NCBI RefSeq assembly: GCF_001194135.2
Contig: NC_068989.1
Coordinates: forward strand, 71,441,834 to 71,505,541
Reading direction: 5' to 3'
From: Octopus bimaculoides
Taxonomy: Eukaryota
DNA: 63,708 nucleotides
The notes beneath the pieces were generated by a model. The model was not told the DNA's origin. It did no database searches and worked only from the letters and a program-made list of their open reading frames with translations. The stretch's first letter is position 1. Every line of letters begins with the position of its first letter. Made by a program: the position numbers and the translations under genes. Positions 63,591 to 63,708 of the stretch are shown piece by piece.

Positions 63591-63708
63591 CAAAGCTCAC
63601 ATTCATTCCTCCTTCACCAAATACAGTTGGAACTCTTCTTAGCTACTTCTGCCATTGTCTTCAGAGTAGTGGTCCTTTATTTTCCAGAAATTGAGAGATT
63701 TTATACTA

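Overview
AT-rich, microsatellite-dense animal genomic DNA with 19 N-gaps (about 7 kb). The repeat landscape suggests an octopus or other coleoid cephalopod draft scaffold; this is inference. Almost all ORFs in the supplied track are artefacts of simple repeats or gaps. One exon is confidently coding: 60699-60855 on the minus strand, a VAC14 C-terminal-domain exon with canonical splice sites. A pair of splice-compatible orphan exons lies on the plus strand (52818-52981, 53050-53128). The rest is mobile DNA: at least three tRNA-headed SINE families, many RTE-clade LINE 3' ends, fragments of restriction-like-endonuclease (RLE) LINEs abutting (TAA)n tracts, hAT- and Tc1/mariner-type MITEs, three long fold-back elements, a Helentron-associated-like element and a 5S rRNA pseudogene. 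The most interesting signal is a set of hammerhead ribozyme motifs. One type I hammerhead at 29186-29330 has an intact core and a self-complementary helix III. Three copies of a second hammerhead family (16940, 17228, 38612) are degenerate; two of them sit downstream of tRNA-type Pol III A/B boxes. This suggests a Pol III-driven, hammerhead-carrying SINE/retrozyme-like element. Repeat boundaries are estimated by eye (often +/-10-20 nt). No database search or folding computation was run.
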